Origin: Ostrea edulis
Taxonomy: Eukaryota
Reading direction: 5' to 3'
Assembly: GCF_947568905.1 (NCBI RefSeq)
Contig: NC_079165.1
Span: 21,452,001-21,516,000, forward strand
Length of the DNA stretch: 64,000 nucleotides
Shown: positions 32,623-43,504 of the stretch, in pieces
How the letters are laid out: every line of letters starts with the position of its first letter
Position numbering within the stretch: the stretch's first letter is position 1
Notes under the pieces: generated by a model
Seen by the model: the letters and a program-made list of their open reading frames with translations, nothing else
What the model was told of the DNA's origin: nothing
Database searches by the model: none
Made by a program: the position numbers and the translations under genes

Positions 32623-33531
32623 CTAGTCCAGGACAATGGCACTCGGATGTTTAGGATCAAAACGCTTGTGATGGACGGTCTCTTCGTGACGATTGCGGTT
32701 CTCTCTCGCATTGAAGACCAGAGGGCAAAATTTACATTTATATTTCTTTTGCACCTGAACTGGTGTCGAGGTGGTTAAGGGTTGAAATTTCATGCTTCCA
32801 AAGGTATGAGCAAAACTCGGTAGAGCAGTATCACTGGTTCTGGAACTTCCTATAGGCCCATGCATGGGTCGTTCCATTTTCTTTTGAGCTAATCCGGCTT
32901 TCAGATTGGCTAACGTTTTAGTGGCCTTGGGGGGAGTGGCCTTGGGAAACGGCATCTTCACAATGAGAGGGGTTTTCTTTGGAGCCCAATTGGGAAACGG
33001 ATTCTTCATCCTGAGAGGTGTCTTCTTAGGGGATTTCTTAGGGGACTTCTTAGGTGTCTTCTTAGGTAAGCGAATAATGAGTTTAGGAATTCTCTGAGGC
33101 GATTTTTTAGCTTTCTTAGCCCGTGGTTTCTTGGTTTTCTTGGGTTGTCCCCCACGGGGCCTACGGCCTGTTTCCCATTTGAATAAATGACGGATAATGG
33201 TCCCTCCTAAGAATCCGGCGCCTCCTCGTTTCAAAATGGCTTTTTTACGCTCTTCTTCATTGGACTTCTTATCGGCAATGACACTCAAGTCTTGGCGATG
33301 GGATTGAATGAACCGCTGAGTGATTTTATTGCCTGGTAAGACGCCTCGCAATAAATTTCGAGCGCCCATCGCAAACCAGTTGAGTAAGGCTCTACGTCCT
33401 AATTCAATGAGATGGCTCCGTTGAACGGGATCCCGTTCCCGTTGTAAACGGCGTAACGTTTTGACTAATTTACTCTTCGCGGAAGGTCTACCCATGATGA
33501 AGACTGTCTTTCGAATGATACACCTGCCCAT
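32623..33531 (-). CDS. Paralogue of the small basic protein extended by SPKK/TPKK repeats and a C2H2 zinc finger
   Basis: NLLRGVLP core; KKTPKKSPKKSPKKTP; YKCKFCPLVFNARENRNRHEETVH. Confidence 0.75.
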   Translation of the reverse strand: MGRCIIRKTVFIMGRPSAKSKLVKTLRRLQRERDPVQRSHLIELGRRALLNWFAMGARNLLRGVLPGNKITQRFIQSHRQDLSVIADKKSNEEERKKAILKRGGAGFLGGTIIRHLFKWETGRRPRGGQPKKTKKPRAKKAKKSPQRIPKLIIRLPKKTPKKSPKKSPKKTPLRMKNPFPNWAPKKTPLIVKMPFPKATPPKATKTLANLKAGLAQKKMERPMHGPIGSSRTSDTALPSFAHTFGSMKFQPLTTSTPVQVQKKYKCKFCPLVFNARENRNRHEETVHHKRFDPKHPSAIVLD

Positions 33532-33544
33532 GATGTGACATTAT

Positions 33545-34183
33545 TTATACTCTCGGGGGCATGTGCACAGCCAAGTTGGTAAAGAGTTGACTTCTTAATC
33601 TTAAATCGTCCGACGTCTGAGGACTCAAGTCCACTAGTAAATACCCGTGAGGTACACGGGTGGCGTCCTCATAGGCTGGAAGTAAATGCGGCATTTGTAA
33701 TTGCCGACTTAACACCCCAATCTGAGATTTATCTCGAGGATTTTTAAACAGCACAAGATAGTGAGCATTCAGACTGATGGTACGATGTTGTACTGCTCGA
33801 TCAAACAGATTTTGTGTGATATAAATGACACTGGTATTGCGATGATGCGCTTTGCGCGTAAACCAGTCGACAATCGATTCGATGGCTTTACCTCCCATCA
33901 TATCATCAAAAATGAGTAGATGACGCGTACTGAGATCCGCCACTATCTGCTCATCGTCTTGAGGTATATTGTGGATAAAAGTGACCTTGTCCTGTAAGGA
34001 TTCGTACGCGGACTGCCATTCTCGATAACACCATACTATCTTTTCGGGAGGCGGTGCAATCCACTGCGTATTTTGTACCAGTTGCTTCACAAATTCCGTT
34101 TTACCCGATTTAGAGGGTCCAGCCACCACCATGGTAAATTCATGTTTCAACTGAAAAGGCTCAAGTGTCTCGTAGGTATACAT
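33545..34183 (-). CDS. A32/FtsK-like genome packaging ATPase
   Basis: Walker A GPSKSGKT, Walker B LLIFDD, HHRNTSVIYITQNLF, RTISLNAHY. Confidence 0.96.
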   Translation of the reverse strand: MYTYETLEPFQLKHEFTMVVAGPSKSGKTEFVKQLVQNTQWIAPPPEKIVWCYREWQSAYESLQDKVTFIHNIPQDDEQIVADLSTRHLLIFDDMMGGKAIESIVDWFTRKAHHRNTSVIYITQNLFDRAVQHRTISLNAHYLVLFKNPRDKSQIGVLSRQLQMPHLLPAYEDATRVPHGYLLVDLSPQTSDDLRLRSQLFTNLAVHMPPRV

Positions 34184-34223
34184 CTTGATAAATGACACAA
34201 GTTCATGGGATCATACATATTTA

Positions 34224-34751
34224 TTAACAAATAAAAATACGTACAGCTTGCTCAACACTATGTCTACAAATAGGACATTGTTTCAGTCCCGTAGCACATA
34301 TAGCACAAGTACATAAATGACCACAAGGTAAAAAAGCAATTCTCAAGTCTCGTTCTAAACAAATGTGACATTTCTGGGTACACATTGGATTCCCTGCCGC
34401 GTCTAAGGGTAAGCCTTCCCAATCGCAACCACTGTCTTTAGCGCGGGCATAGGCATTGAAGGCTTGTCGTACCCATTGTTTACCCTTATTACACTTCAGG
34501 TAAGGACAGTGAGGATACCAATAAGCATGTTGTATCCAAGGATTGTCGACAGCTCCCCAATGGTGAAGTCCAAAGTTGCAATAAAAACAGCACGTGTTAT
34601 CCCCGTACCCTTTGTAAAAGTATCCCGCTTCTGCAATGGTAGGTAATAGGTTCTGCAAGTGTTCGGGAGCATTTTCAAACGACGTTACTCGATCTGACAG
34701 TAGAGCATAACGTGGTGTACCCGGGTTATGTAGTGATTCGTAGTCCGTCAT
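34224..34751 (-). CDS. iap: Inhibitor of apoptosis (single BIR + RING)
   Basis: RVTSF..AEAGYFY..CCFYC..W..DNPWIQHAYWYPHCPYL; CHIC..LPCGHLCTCAICA..CPICR. Confidence 0.93.
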   Translation of the reverse strand: MTDYESLHNPGTPRYALLSDRVTSFENAPEHLQNLLPTIAEAGYFYKGYGDNTCCFYCNFGLHHWGAVDNPWIQHAYWYPHCPYLKCNKGKQWVRQAFNAYARAKDSGCDWEGLPLDAAGNPMCTQKCHICLERDLRIAFLPCGHLCTCAICATGLKQCPICRHSVEQAVRIFIC

Positions 34752-34786
34752 TTTGCCGACTGATGGTTTTCTCTAGCATGTCCTTT

Positions 34787-37700
34787 TTAATACCCGTAAG
34801 GCAGCGTGTCATAATTATGAATACGTTGACGTTTATCATACACCATGCGGTATTTCTTCACCAGAGGAATGGTTCGCACATCATGTTGGCGGGTTCGTTG
34901 AATAAAGTGCGGATAGTTGACATGGACTTCTTCTTCTTCTCCTTTTAACATTTTTTCCAACGTATCGAGAGACACGACTCTAGAGGCACGATAATTGAGT
35001 GTCAATCCTTTGACTTTGCAGACAGATTTTTCCCCCTGGGTCTCGTATGCATAATTTTTGGGCCCGCCCGACATGTACTTGATGATACGATCTCCACCCA
35101 ATTCATCGGTCCAGCCGCCTAAACTGTTGATAATGGTCGGATTGAACTGGGTCTCGTCGTGCTGATAGATGATACTATCCGTGTCAAAGTATAAGACACG
35201 CTCTCCCAAAGGCTGTAACGTCTCGTACAAATGTAAACGAGCATGAGCTGTTGTAAAACACGCCAGCACCACGTTTCCAAAGGGACAGTCTTCTAAAAAT
35301 TCTTCTTTCTCCTGATAATTGATCAGCATCATATCACATTCGGGGCGTTCACGATTTTCTAAGAGTTCGATGCCTTTGACTTCTAAAGTGGCATCTTGTA
35401 ATTTCTGTTGTAATTCTTCTTCTTCCGTGAGATACAGGGATTTGGGTAATTGTAATCGTTTAGCAAATTTTCCCCACAAACAATTTAAAAAGAGTTTGGC
35501 AATGGTTCTTCGGACCGGATTTTTCTGGATGTCTGCCGGATTCATAGCAATGCCTTCTCGTTGCTGAATTTCCTCAATGTAATGTTGCTGGTGTTGGGCT
35601 GTTTGACAATCCTCGGGGAATCCGGAAGCTTCTTGTTTAATTTTCAAAAAGGTGTTGATATACGCTCGAAATAAGTGGTCACTGGTTTTCTCAAAATGCC
35701 AAACTTCGTAAATGCGGTCGAGACGATAGCCTAGATCTAATGCTTTGTGAAGTTCGGTGGTCACCCAGGTGCCCGTGAGACTGCGTTCAGAATCGGTGTG
35801 CTGGCACCGCTCGTCGGGTCCTAAGTTGCGCTGTTCCGCACAGGTGCGGCATAAGGGAAAGAGTAATTTACCCCCGGTCTTGTAAGGTAATACGGGGTGA
35901 TACAGCTCTCGGGGTGGGAGGACACGACAACGAATGAGCCCGAAATAGTCTCTGACATCGGTGAAATGGCTGGTGATGACTTGGGGATGTTGGACGGGAA
36001 ATGGCTTGTATTTCAACACGTACGGGTACAGGGAACAGACATCCACGTATCGCATGTCACCCTCCTCACAATACAGTCGTGTAGCATTGGTCCGGCCTCC
36101 GTACAAAGCGTCACGGGGATTCAAATGATCTTGTATATCGACTCCTTGTAAAAATTCCTGTAAGTCGGGATTGGTCTGGGTCTGACGATCAAACTCGTGT
36201 TCCCATATGCTCACGACTGTATAGCCTTGGTCTTCTAAAGCACTGGCTCGTTTTAAGGTGTCCAGGTAGAGGTCTTGATACGTATGCTGAACACGATGAG
36301 GATGCATGTCAGTCAACAGATTCGGGAAACAGGTGGGACAGCCGTGCCAGTAACAGCCATAGAATTCGTACACGATACGAGATTCCTCATCATACCCATC
36401 TACTGTATAGGGTCCAAGCGTGACTTCGCCCCCATTTCTAGCATGTCGTATGCAGTGATGTTGATGTTCTAACCAGGCGAGCCATCGGCAAGCTTTAGCT
36501 GAATATCGTCGTGCTGGCCGGTAGCCCATATTGGGAATGATGGCGATGGTATTTTCAACCATGAATCCTCGTCGGTAGGCTAAATTAGCCGTGCTGGCAA
36601 ACGTGATGGATTCTTGAAAGGGGTCTACTTCCACCAGATCAAACAGGGTGGATTTGAAATGGGCACAACAGCGGCGTAAAATATCCACGTCCGAGATGCA
36701 GTAAGCTAAGAATTCTTTCTGGAAATCAAAGACTTTGCCCTCTTGTTGATGGTACCAAGTATAGAAGGCTTCACGATTGGCGGTGGACATATCGTCAGGA
36801 TTGTAGAAATGAGCGGCCGGGTAAGGACCCACATACTGCTGGTTCTCTGTCGTGTTGAAAAAGTGCGGGAAATAGCCTTTTTTCAATTCCGTTAATCCGA
36901 AAGCAGAGGGCATCTTGGCAAGAGCAAAGGGTAGAAAGTTGTAAGAATCGATGAATCTCAACCCCAAGACTTGCATGGATAAGATTTTACTCCCGTTCAG
37001 GATGACGGTGGGTTTGATACACGCCGTGTGCACCAGGTAATTCAAAATAAACTGCCCATCGTATCCTTTGAAATTGTGGGCAATGATGGTGGCTTCATCG
37101 TGTTTGAGTTCCACATGGCCTTGCTCATCGGTCTCGCTCTGTAAGAGCCATTCCATAAACTGTTTTAACGTGTCGGGTCCTTGAAATAGGAAGCGGCGTT
37201 GTGATCCGAATCCTTCACAATGAGAACAGGGCTTGTCGATATCCACACTGTCGCAATGTTGACACACACGTTCTGCCACGCATAAATTGGGGATGTGAAT
37301 ACCGTTTTCCTGACTGCATTCGAAATCGTAATAAATGTATATTTTCAACTCCTCTTCTTCTTTTTCTTTCTTAGGTTTGGGTTTCGTCTGTACAAAGCAG
37401 TGATGAGGCATGGTGACGACTTTGTGACAGATGCGGCATTCGGTTTGACCCCCACACGCGTGGCGTTTTAATAATTGCTTGGACATCCATTTCTGACACT
37501 GGTTACACCGCCCCATTAAACTGCAGACCGTGGTCGTTGTATTACTGCTGTAAGGTTTCAAGTGGGTCTTGTAACAAGCTGCATTTCTGAAAAATCCCTT
37601 ACAATGAGGGCAATTCGTCTGAGTCCCGTCCGGGGTACAGGGGGTATCGGCTAAACAAAATGAGCATCGATGAGGACAGACGGTCCGATGATCTTCAATG

Positions 37701-38746
37701 TGACTGTAACCAACATCGCAATAATCGCAATAGTATCCGTTTTCCGTCACTCCAGGCATAGACACAATGGCATCGTAATGCTCGTTATCCAGCAGGATAT
37801 TCAAACAAGTCCCGTGCCCCGGTCCTTTGTAAATAGGTTCCAGTCGTAAACGAGTTGTATTCGTTTTGAATTGAAATATTTTCAATCGATACTGTGGGGC
37901 GAGCGCGTGCTGTAATTGCTCCCATTCACGCGGCCCACACGACTGGTTCATAACACACCCAGCTTGTTCCATCAAGGCTATCGCTTCTCGTTTCTGGTCG
38001 AGCGTTTTGAAATCCCCTTTTCTCATGCGTAACCATTTCGTTTCCCATGCCGGGTCGTTTGATTTCTGGCTGTGTAGACGTGCTACCACAATAGCCCGGG
38101 ACAAGCAGAGAGAATCCTCAGGATTTTGAATGCGAACGATCGCTCTCTTGGAGTTTTTGAATTTCTCCTTATCCACGTGTAGATGTTTTTTCTTAGTGCA
38201 CCCGCTGCCTTGTGGATATTTGACATGGAAAAAATCCATCTGCACTGCCCCGTCGGTGATTAGGAATTCCTTTTTAGATTGCTGGACGGATTCTATTTTG
38301 TTCAGAATTTTGTCCTCGTTGAGCTGATTGGACTGCGTAAATTCGTACCAAATAGCTGAATCCAGAGACGGGTGCCGAATATTTAAACGTAGATAATCAT
38401 TGGGATTGCACTGCATTTCCTGTTTCACATTTTTTAACATATCCCGGAAGAGCCGACGAATGAAGGCTGTATTTTCTTTCTCTGGAATAGGTTTGAAAGC
38501 AACATTGTAGACATTTTCCTTGACTTTAAATTTCCGTGATTGACGTCCTCGTTCCAGTTGAATTTTGTAATAATCCGAAATGAGTTTCTTTTTCCCCCCT
38601 CCCCGCTGTAAATACTGTAGTCGTCGTTGATTCTCTCTGCGGAGTTGTAATTCACGCTGCCGTTGTCTGTTCAGCTGATCATTCAAAAATCTCAATCGCT
38701 GTTCAATATAACTCCGTGGAAGTCCAGTAGGTAACTTGTCTGACAT
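34787..38746 (-). CDS. polB: Protein-primed family B DNA polymerase (N-terminal TP-like and OTU-like regions, Zn-rich region, Vsr-like insert)
   Basis: YDFEC, HNFKGYD, YVDVCSLYP, KLFLNCLWGKF, YFDTDS, GPKNYAY, KVKG; uninterrupted 1319-aa ORF; TATA at 38783-38795. Confidence 0.98.
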   Translation of the reverse strand: MSDKLPTGLPRSYIEQRLRFLNDQLNRQRQRELQLRRENQRRLQYLQRGGGKKKLISDYYKIQLERGRQSRKFKVKENVYNVAFKPIPEKENTAFIRRLFRDMLKNVKQEMQCNPNDYLRLNIRHPSLDSAIWYEFTQSNQLNEDKILNKIESVQQSKKEFLITDGAVQMDFFHVKYPQGSGCTKKKHLHVDKEKFKNSKRAIVRIQNPEDSLCLSRAIVVARLHSQKSNDPAWETKWLRMRKGDFKTLDQKREAIALMEQAGCVMNQSCGPREWEQLQHALAPQYRLKIFQFKTNTTRLRLEPIYKGPGHGTCLNILLDNEHYDAIVSMPGVTENGYYCDYCDVGYSHIEDHRTVCPHRCSFCLADTPCTPDGTQTNCPHCKGFFRNAACYKTHLKPYSSNTTTTVCSLMGRCNQCQKWMSKQLLKRHACGGQTECRICHKVVTMPHHCFVQTKPKPKKEKEEEELKIYIYYDFECSQENGIHIPNLCVAERVCQHCDSVDIDKPCSHCEGFGSQRRFLFQGPDTLKQFMEWLLQSETDEQGHVELKHDEATIIAHNFKGYDGQFILNYLVHTACIKPTVILNGSKILSMQVLGLRFIDSYNFLPFALAKMPSAFGLTELKKGYFPHFFNTTENQQYVGPYPAAHFYNPDDMSTANREAFYTWYHQQEGKVFDFQKEFLAYCISDVDILRRCCAHFKSTLFDLVEVDPFQESITFASTANLAYRRGFMVENTIAIIPNMGYRPARRYSAKACRWLAWLEHQHHCIRHARNGGEVTLGPYTVDGYDEESRIVYEFYGCYWHGCPTCFPNLLTDMHPHRVQHTYQDLYLDTLKRASALEDQGYTVVSIWEHEFDRQTQTNPDLQEFLQGVDIQDHLNPRDALYGGRTNATRLYCEEGDMRYVDVCSLYPYVLKYKPFPVQHPQVITSHFTDVRDYFGLIRCRVLPPRELYHPVLPYKTGGKLLFPLCRTCAEQRNLGPDERCQHTDSERSLTGTWVTTELHKALDLGYRLDRIYEVWHFEKTSDHLFRAYINTFLKIKQEASGFPEDCQTAQHQQHYIEEIQQREGIAMNPADIQKNPVRRTIAKLFLNCLWGKFAKRLQLPKSLYLTEEEELQQKLQDATLEVKGIELLENRERPECDMMLINYQEKEEFLEDCPFGNVVLACFTTAHARLHLYETLQPLGERVLYFDTDSIIYQHDETQFNPTIINSLGGWTDELGGDRIIKYMSGGPKNYAYETQGEKSVCKVKGLTLNYRASRVVSLDTLEKMLKGEEEEVHVNYPHFIQRTRQHDVRTIPLVKKYRMVYDKRQRIHNYDTLPYGY

Positions 38747-38843
38747 GATGTCGAAAGTGACACCCAATGCACCGCGCGCCGCTTTATATATATTACCTGT
38801 AGACAGCGCTGGGTAAAACTAGGGACCGTGCCAGCTCTGGGGA

Positions 38844-39199
38844 TTGTACTATTGTTCTTTAATAAACATGTCAACTTAAAACCTTGTGTTATTCTTTTAG
38901 ATTTAATACACTGTTATTCTTTTAGATTTAATACACAGGATTTCACTGGATTTTATACCGATTTTCAGAAAAATAGCAGGAACTCATTCCAGGAACTCAA
39001 AGCGAAAGTACCGCATCATAGACCAGCGGCCATAGGCCAGTCTATTCACCCGCTCTACAACCCCTGCTGGGGTTGACCCCGTCCTAGTGCACTCCGTTGA
39101 CCCCAACACCGCTTGACCAATCAAAAACGCCCTTACTTGACCTCATTTGCATAAAAAGTGCACTCAGTTGACCTCCCTATCGGGACGCGTTATACTACT
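38844..39199 (-). repeat. Right terminal inverted repeat (356 bp)
   Basis: Reverse complement of left TIR; followed by TSD ACTGTA. Confidence 0.96.
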
Positions 39200-39939
39200 A
39201 CTGTACATCTTTAACAAAAAACATTTTGTCTCTCTGGATAATTCATGTGTACCTGTTTCATTGAACAAATTATGTGAGGGCAACCTCATTTTAGAAATGC
39301 ATTTTTTATATAATTTTAGTATTAAATTTTCCAAATACAAGTTGTACAGAGTGTACTATATGTAAAACTTATACGGTACCAATTTTGATGCACCAGATGC
39401 GCATTTCGACAAATAATGTCTCTTCAGTGATGCTCAACCGAAATGTTTGAAATCCGAAATAACTATGAAGTTTTAGAGCTAAATATAGCCAAAAACAGCG
39501 TGCCAAAAAAGTGGAGCCAAATTCGTCCAAGGATAAGAGCTATGCATGAGGGAGATAATCCTTAATTTTGAAATGAATTTCTAAATTGTATGACAGCAAT
39601 TATATATACATCCGTATTTTCAAGCTAGTAACGAAGTACTATGCTACTGGGCTGTAGAGACCCTCGGGGACTAACAGTCCACCAGCAGAGGCCTCATAAA
39701 CAAATATTGTCTGCCAAGTGTTTGTAATGTAAATGTAACGTTCCTATATATTCACTTTGCATTTTGGATGACACCGCAAAAAAAAAAAAACAACAACAAC
39801 AAACAAACAAAAAAACCGAGGCCCCGTGTCACAGCAGGTGTGGCACGATAAAGATTCCTTGATCCTGCTCAAAGGCCGTAAACACCGAGCATAAACCTAA
39901 ATTTTGCAGCCCTTCAATGGCTATGGTAGTGGGTACATA

Positions 39940-40430
39940 TGTATTTCTTTATCAGATGTAAATATATAGCTTTGGTTAGGAGTTTTTTCAAAGTTGATTG
40001 TTGTTTTCTGCAATGGATGGTGTCCTTTTCTTGAATAATGTCCTTTAGATTTCTTGATTGTCAACTGGGAAACAATGTTGAAGATGTTGTGATTTCTCGG
40101 ATTATGTGTGATGACAAAAGGGATTTCTGTGCGTAATGTTTTAGAATCTGATTTCCTCTTAACTTTCCATAACTCTGTGATTGGTATTTGTTCTGCTTTT
40201 CTGATAGCTTCAGTTATAAGATTACGTGGATATTTTTGGCGATGGAGATAATTACCGAGTTCTTCTAATCTTTTAGTTCTAAGTTCTTCGTCGGTAACTG
40301 TATGCAAATTCTCCTGGCTAAGTTAAATGGCATGTTCCATTTCGTGTGTGATGGGTGACAAGAGTTGAAAAGAAGATTTTGATGAGTGTTGGTTTCCTTG
40401 TAAAATAGATCCTTGGAAATGTTATTATTT
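39940..40430 (-). mobile_element. Penelope-like retroelement fragment (RT C-terminal region), degenerate
   Basis: LFNSCHPSH, KYPRNLI, IPFVITHNP motifs with frameshifts. Confidence 0.65.
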
Positions 40431-40502
40431 TACTTGATGAGAAGTATTTCCTTTTGTAAACTTGATGTTTTCATGGAGCTTATTTTTAATAACAAATGAA
40501 TC

Positions 40503-40765
40503 CCGTGGGGATACGGGTTAGAATAGGTCCTCAGTACCCCTTGCTTATCGTAGAAGCGACTAAATGGGCGGTCCTTCGGATGAGACCGCAAACACCGAGG
40601 CCCCGTGTCACAGCAGATGTAGCACGATAAAAATCCCTCCCTGCTCAAAGGCCATAAGCGCCGAGCACAGGCCGAAATTTTGCAGCCCTTCACCGGCAGT
40701 GGTGAGTTCTCCATATGAGTGAAATATTCTCGAGAGGGACGTTAAACAATATTCAATCAATCAAT
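40503..40765 (+). mobile_element. Oyster SINE, near full length (further copies about 39812-39920 and 46444-46722)
   Basis: Shared body gtcctcagtacccc...gagggacgttaaac and (ATCA)n tail. Confidence 0.8.
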
Positions 40766-40789
40766 AACAAATGAAATTCTGTCAATTCT

Positions 40790-41350
40790 CTGTCTGACAA
40801 AAAGCATTGAACATAATTGATACTTTCTGTAAACATTCAGGATTAAAACTGAATAAAGATAAAACAGAATGTTGATTATTAGGACAGCTAAAGAAAATCT
40901 TCAAATGAAAGTCAATTAAAATTCAATTGGATGATACGTTTCAAAGATCATGATCACATATACATGGGCTAATATTTATAGAAATAATTTGTTGCTGATT
41001 CTAACTATAAACTTGCACAATCGTTTATGCAAGCATTATTTTCTTAGCAAATGGGGGGGGGGGGGGGGGGGTGTTGACAGAATCTGTAAAATTTGTGCTG
41101 ATGTCATTGAAAATAATGTACATTTAATTTTTGAATGTCAAAATGTAGAACAGATATGAAATATTGTTGAGATGGTGCTTGAAATTGACATTCGGTGCAA
41201 ACATTCTTCTAGGCTATGAAGATGATCTTAAAGTGCATTAATCTAACTTTGTGATTTCAAATATTGCTTTTTAGAACATACATTGTAAATGATGTTAAGA
41301 CTTGAAAACAAAATTGGAAGTGCACGTTAAACTAGACTGTTATAGAACAC
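40790..41350 (+). mobile_element. Degenerate L1/Tx1-like LINE 3' fragment
   Basis: CKIC...ENNVHLIFEC zf-RVT-like motif. Confidence 0.4.
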
Positions 41351-41559
41351 CTGTTCCTCGGTATTTGTTGTAGGGGGAGTGGTGGATTGTTACTGACTGT
41401 GATGCAGTTTCCCCTGCAACAATATCATGGCTATATGCATGGAACAAATATAGACACATTGCTGGATCCAGCTAATGCTCTATCAAGTCCCTATCGTGAA
41501 AGAGAAACTTTAAACGTATTGTACCACAACATATGCCAAAAGTGGTGTAAATCAAACGT

Positions 41560-42360
41560 GGATTCTAAGTTTTTTAAAGGACTTTTAGCAGATTTGAAAT
41601 CGCAAAACCTTTCTCAAATCAACAACGTATGGCTTTTCGACACTTTCGCTAATTTAAAGACTACATGTACTTATTGACTTTTTGACATTATAGACAGTTG
41701 CGTCTTCAATAGAAAAAGAATTTAATAAGAAGGTATTCATATCTAGTGATCAATCAGTCAAAAAAATACTTTGTTTAACACCACTCTGATTCCACACACA
41801 AATACTCTGAAGTTGATGAAAAGGTGAACATAACGAACAGTGATCAATCTCATATACAAAATTAAGAGTAGGGCAGACATGGACCCCTCATTGACATTAT
41901 CTTCTTAGTCTTTGGTCATCAGGTCTTCCAACAGTCTATTGGAATTCCCTGCATGGGCACGAATTGCGTTCCTTTATCAGATGACCTATTCTTATATTAC
42001 GAGGAAGAATTCATTTATCTTCTACATGAGAAGAAAAAAATATCTTGTTGTGACCTTCAGCTCAACATTTAGATATCGACAACGTTTTATTTATTAACAA
42101 TAATCATTCTCATTCATTTATCAATTCGATATACATGTATATCCCAATGGACTCGAAATAAAAGACACTACAGAATCTTCCATATCGGCTTCACTCTTAA
42201 ATATTTTATTGAACATTGATGTTAACGGCAATTTAAGGACAAATAGGATGGCTTCAGCTTCTCCATCGTCAACTTCCCAAATTTATGTAGCAATATTCCA
42301 TTATCACCTACATATGATGTTTATATCTCTCAACTGATTCGATACGCAAGAACTTGTTCT
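41560..42360 (+). mobile_element. Degenerate Penelope-like RT fragment
   Basis: Remnants of QQSIGIPMGTNC and NFP.LCSNIPLSP; same family as 51005-52130. Confidence 0.7.
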
Positions 42361-43504
42361 GAGGAAGGAACAGTAATCTTCTTGTTCGTGTCGTTGGTCA
42401 CTTTTTACTGCACATGCGTGAAAGTGAGGCACAGAAAAAGTTTGGATCCCAAATGAATTTATCTTATTTTCTAGATGTTTTGGAGCATGTTTGGGTATTA
42501 ACTAGTTTGTTGTGCATACTTTGAGATTTTAAATGAATGCTGAGACAGAAACTAATGAAATATCACCGAAAAAGAGAAAACGTATAAAATCTAAAGGTGA
42601 GCAGGCAAAATCTGAGAAGACGCAACCTAACACGGGAAACCCTTTGTGTAATTCAAATGATAATCAGATTATACGGAGGAGGTGCGGATCATATGGAGCG
42701 CATGGATGTTTTACACACTGTTAATCCAAACAGAGAGAAATAGGATATCCAGGAGAATACTGTTAGGAATCTGAGACTCGTATCTTGGAACTTTTACGGG
42801 GGTTTTGAGAGTATATGATTTTTTAAACTAAATCAAAATGTATTTCAGTTGGAGGATCTATTGCTTTAATAAGGAATTCATTATCTAAATATGTAACTGA
42901 ATTTAAAAGAAGATGAATTCCATTTCCTTTGTACTCAAGTTTAATGAAAAGATTTATTAAGCCATACTATTGGGGGAAAAACCTTCTGTGTTTAAAGTAG
43001 TTCAGTTGTTTACTGTTAATAACTTGAAAGACATGTGTAAACTTGGAAAGTGTATGTATACACCTAGCATTGAAAGTCCGAGAAGAAAATGAGTGATTGT
43101 ATTCACCGTCATGTGTATGTTGTATTGTCTGATATCAACAGTGTCATTAATGATTTAGGTAAACTGATGAGCTGTATAGCTGAAAGTTAATAAAAAACCG
43201 AATTGAAAAAATAGTGCTTTCTTTTTCTTTTTCTCTTTGTGTGTGTTTTGCATCGTTCTTACACTGACAGGACCTAGATACCGCGGACTTAATCCAAAGG
43301 TTGTACAGAGTGCTGCTGGCGTGTCTGGACTGTATTCTGCAGTGAATCAAGTCCGATTCTACCTGTGTTACATCGATTGCCTATGGACAATGCTCGTCAG
43401 ATAGGCTCTTGGACATACGAGTGCGCTTGGCAGATTTGGTACATCCGAATCGTCAGGGCTGTCTCACGTTACTATTTTCATCAATCATTGCAGCAAAGTT
43501 GACA

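Larger units (their letters stand above)
19104..39199. mobile_element. Complete Maverick/Polinton (adintovirus-like endogenous virus), 20,096 bp
   Basis: TIRs, AGTAGT/ACTACT termini, 6-bp TSD ACTGTA (19098-19103 and 39200-39205), PolB + integrase + ATPase + protease + MCP + penton, visibly higher GC than flanks. Confidence 0.98.
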
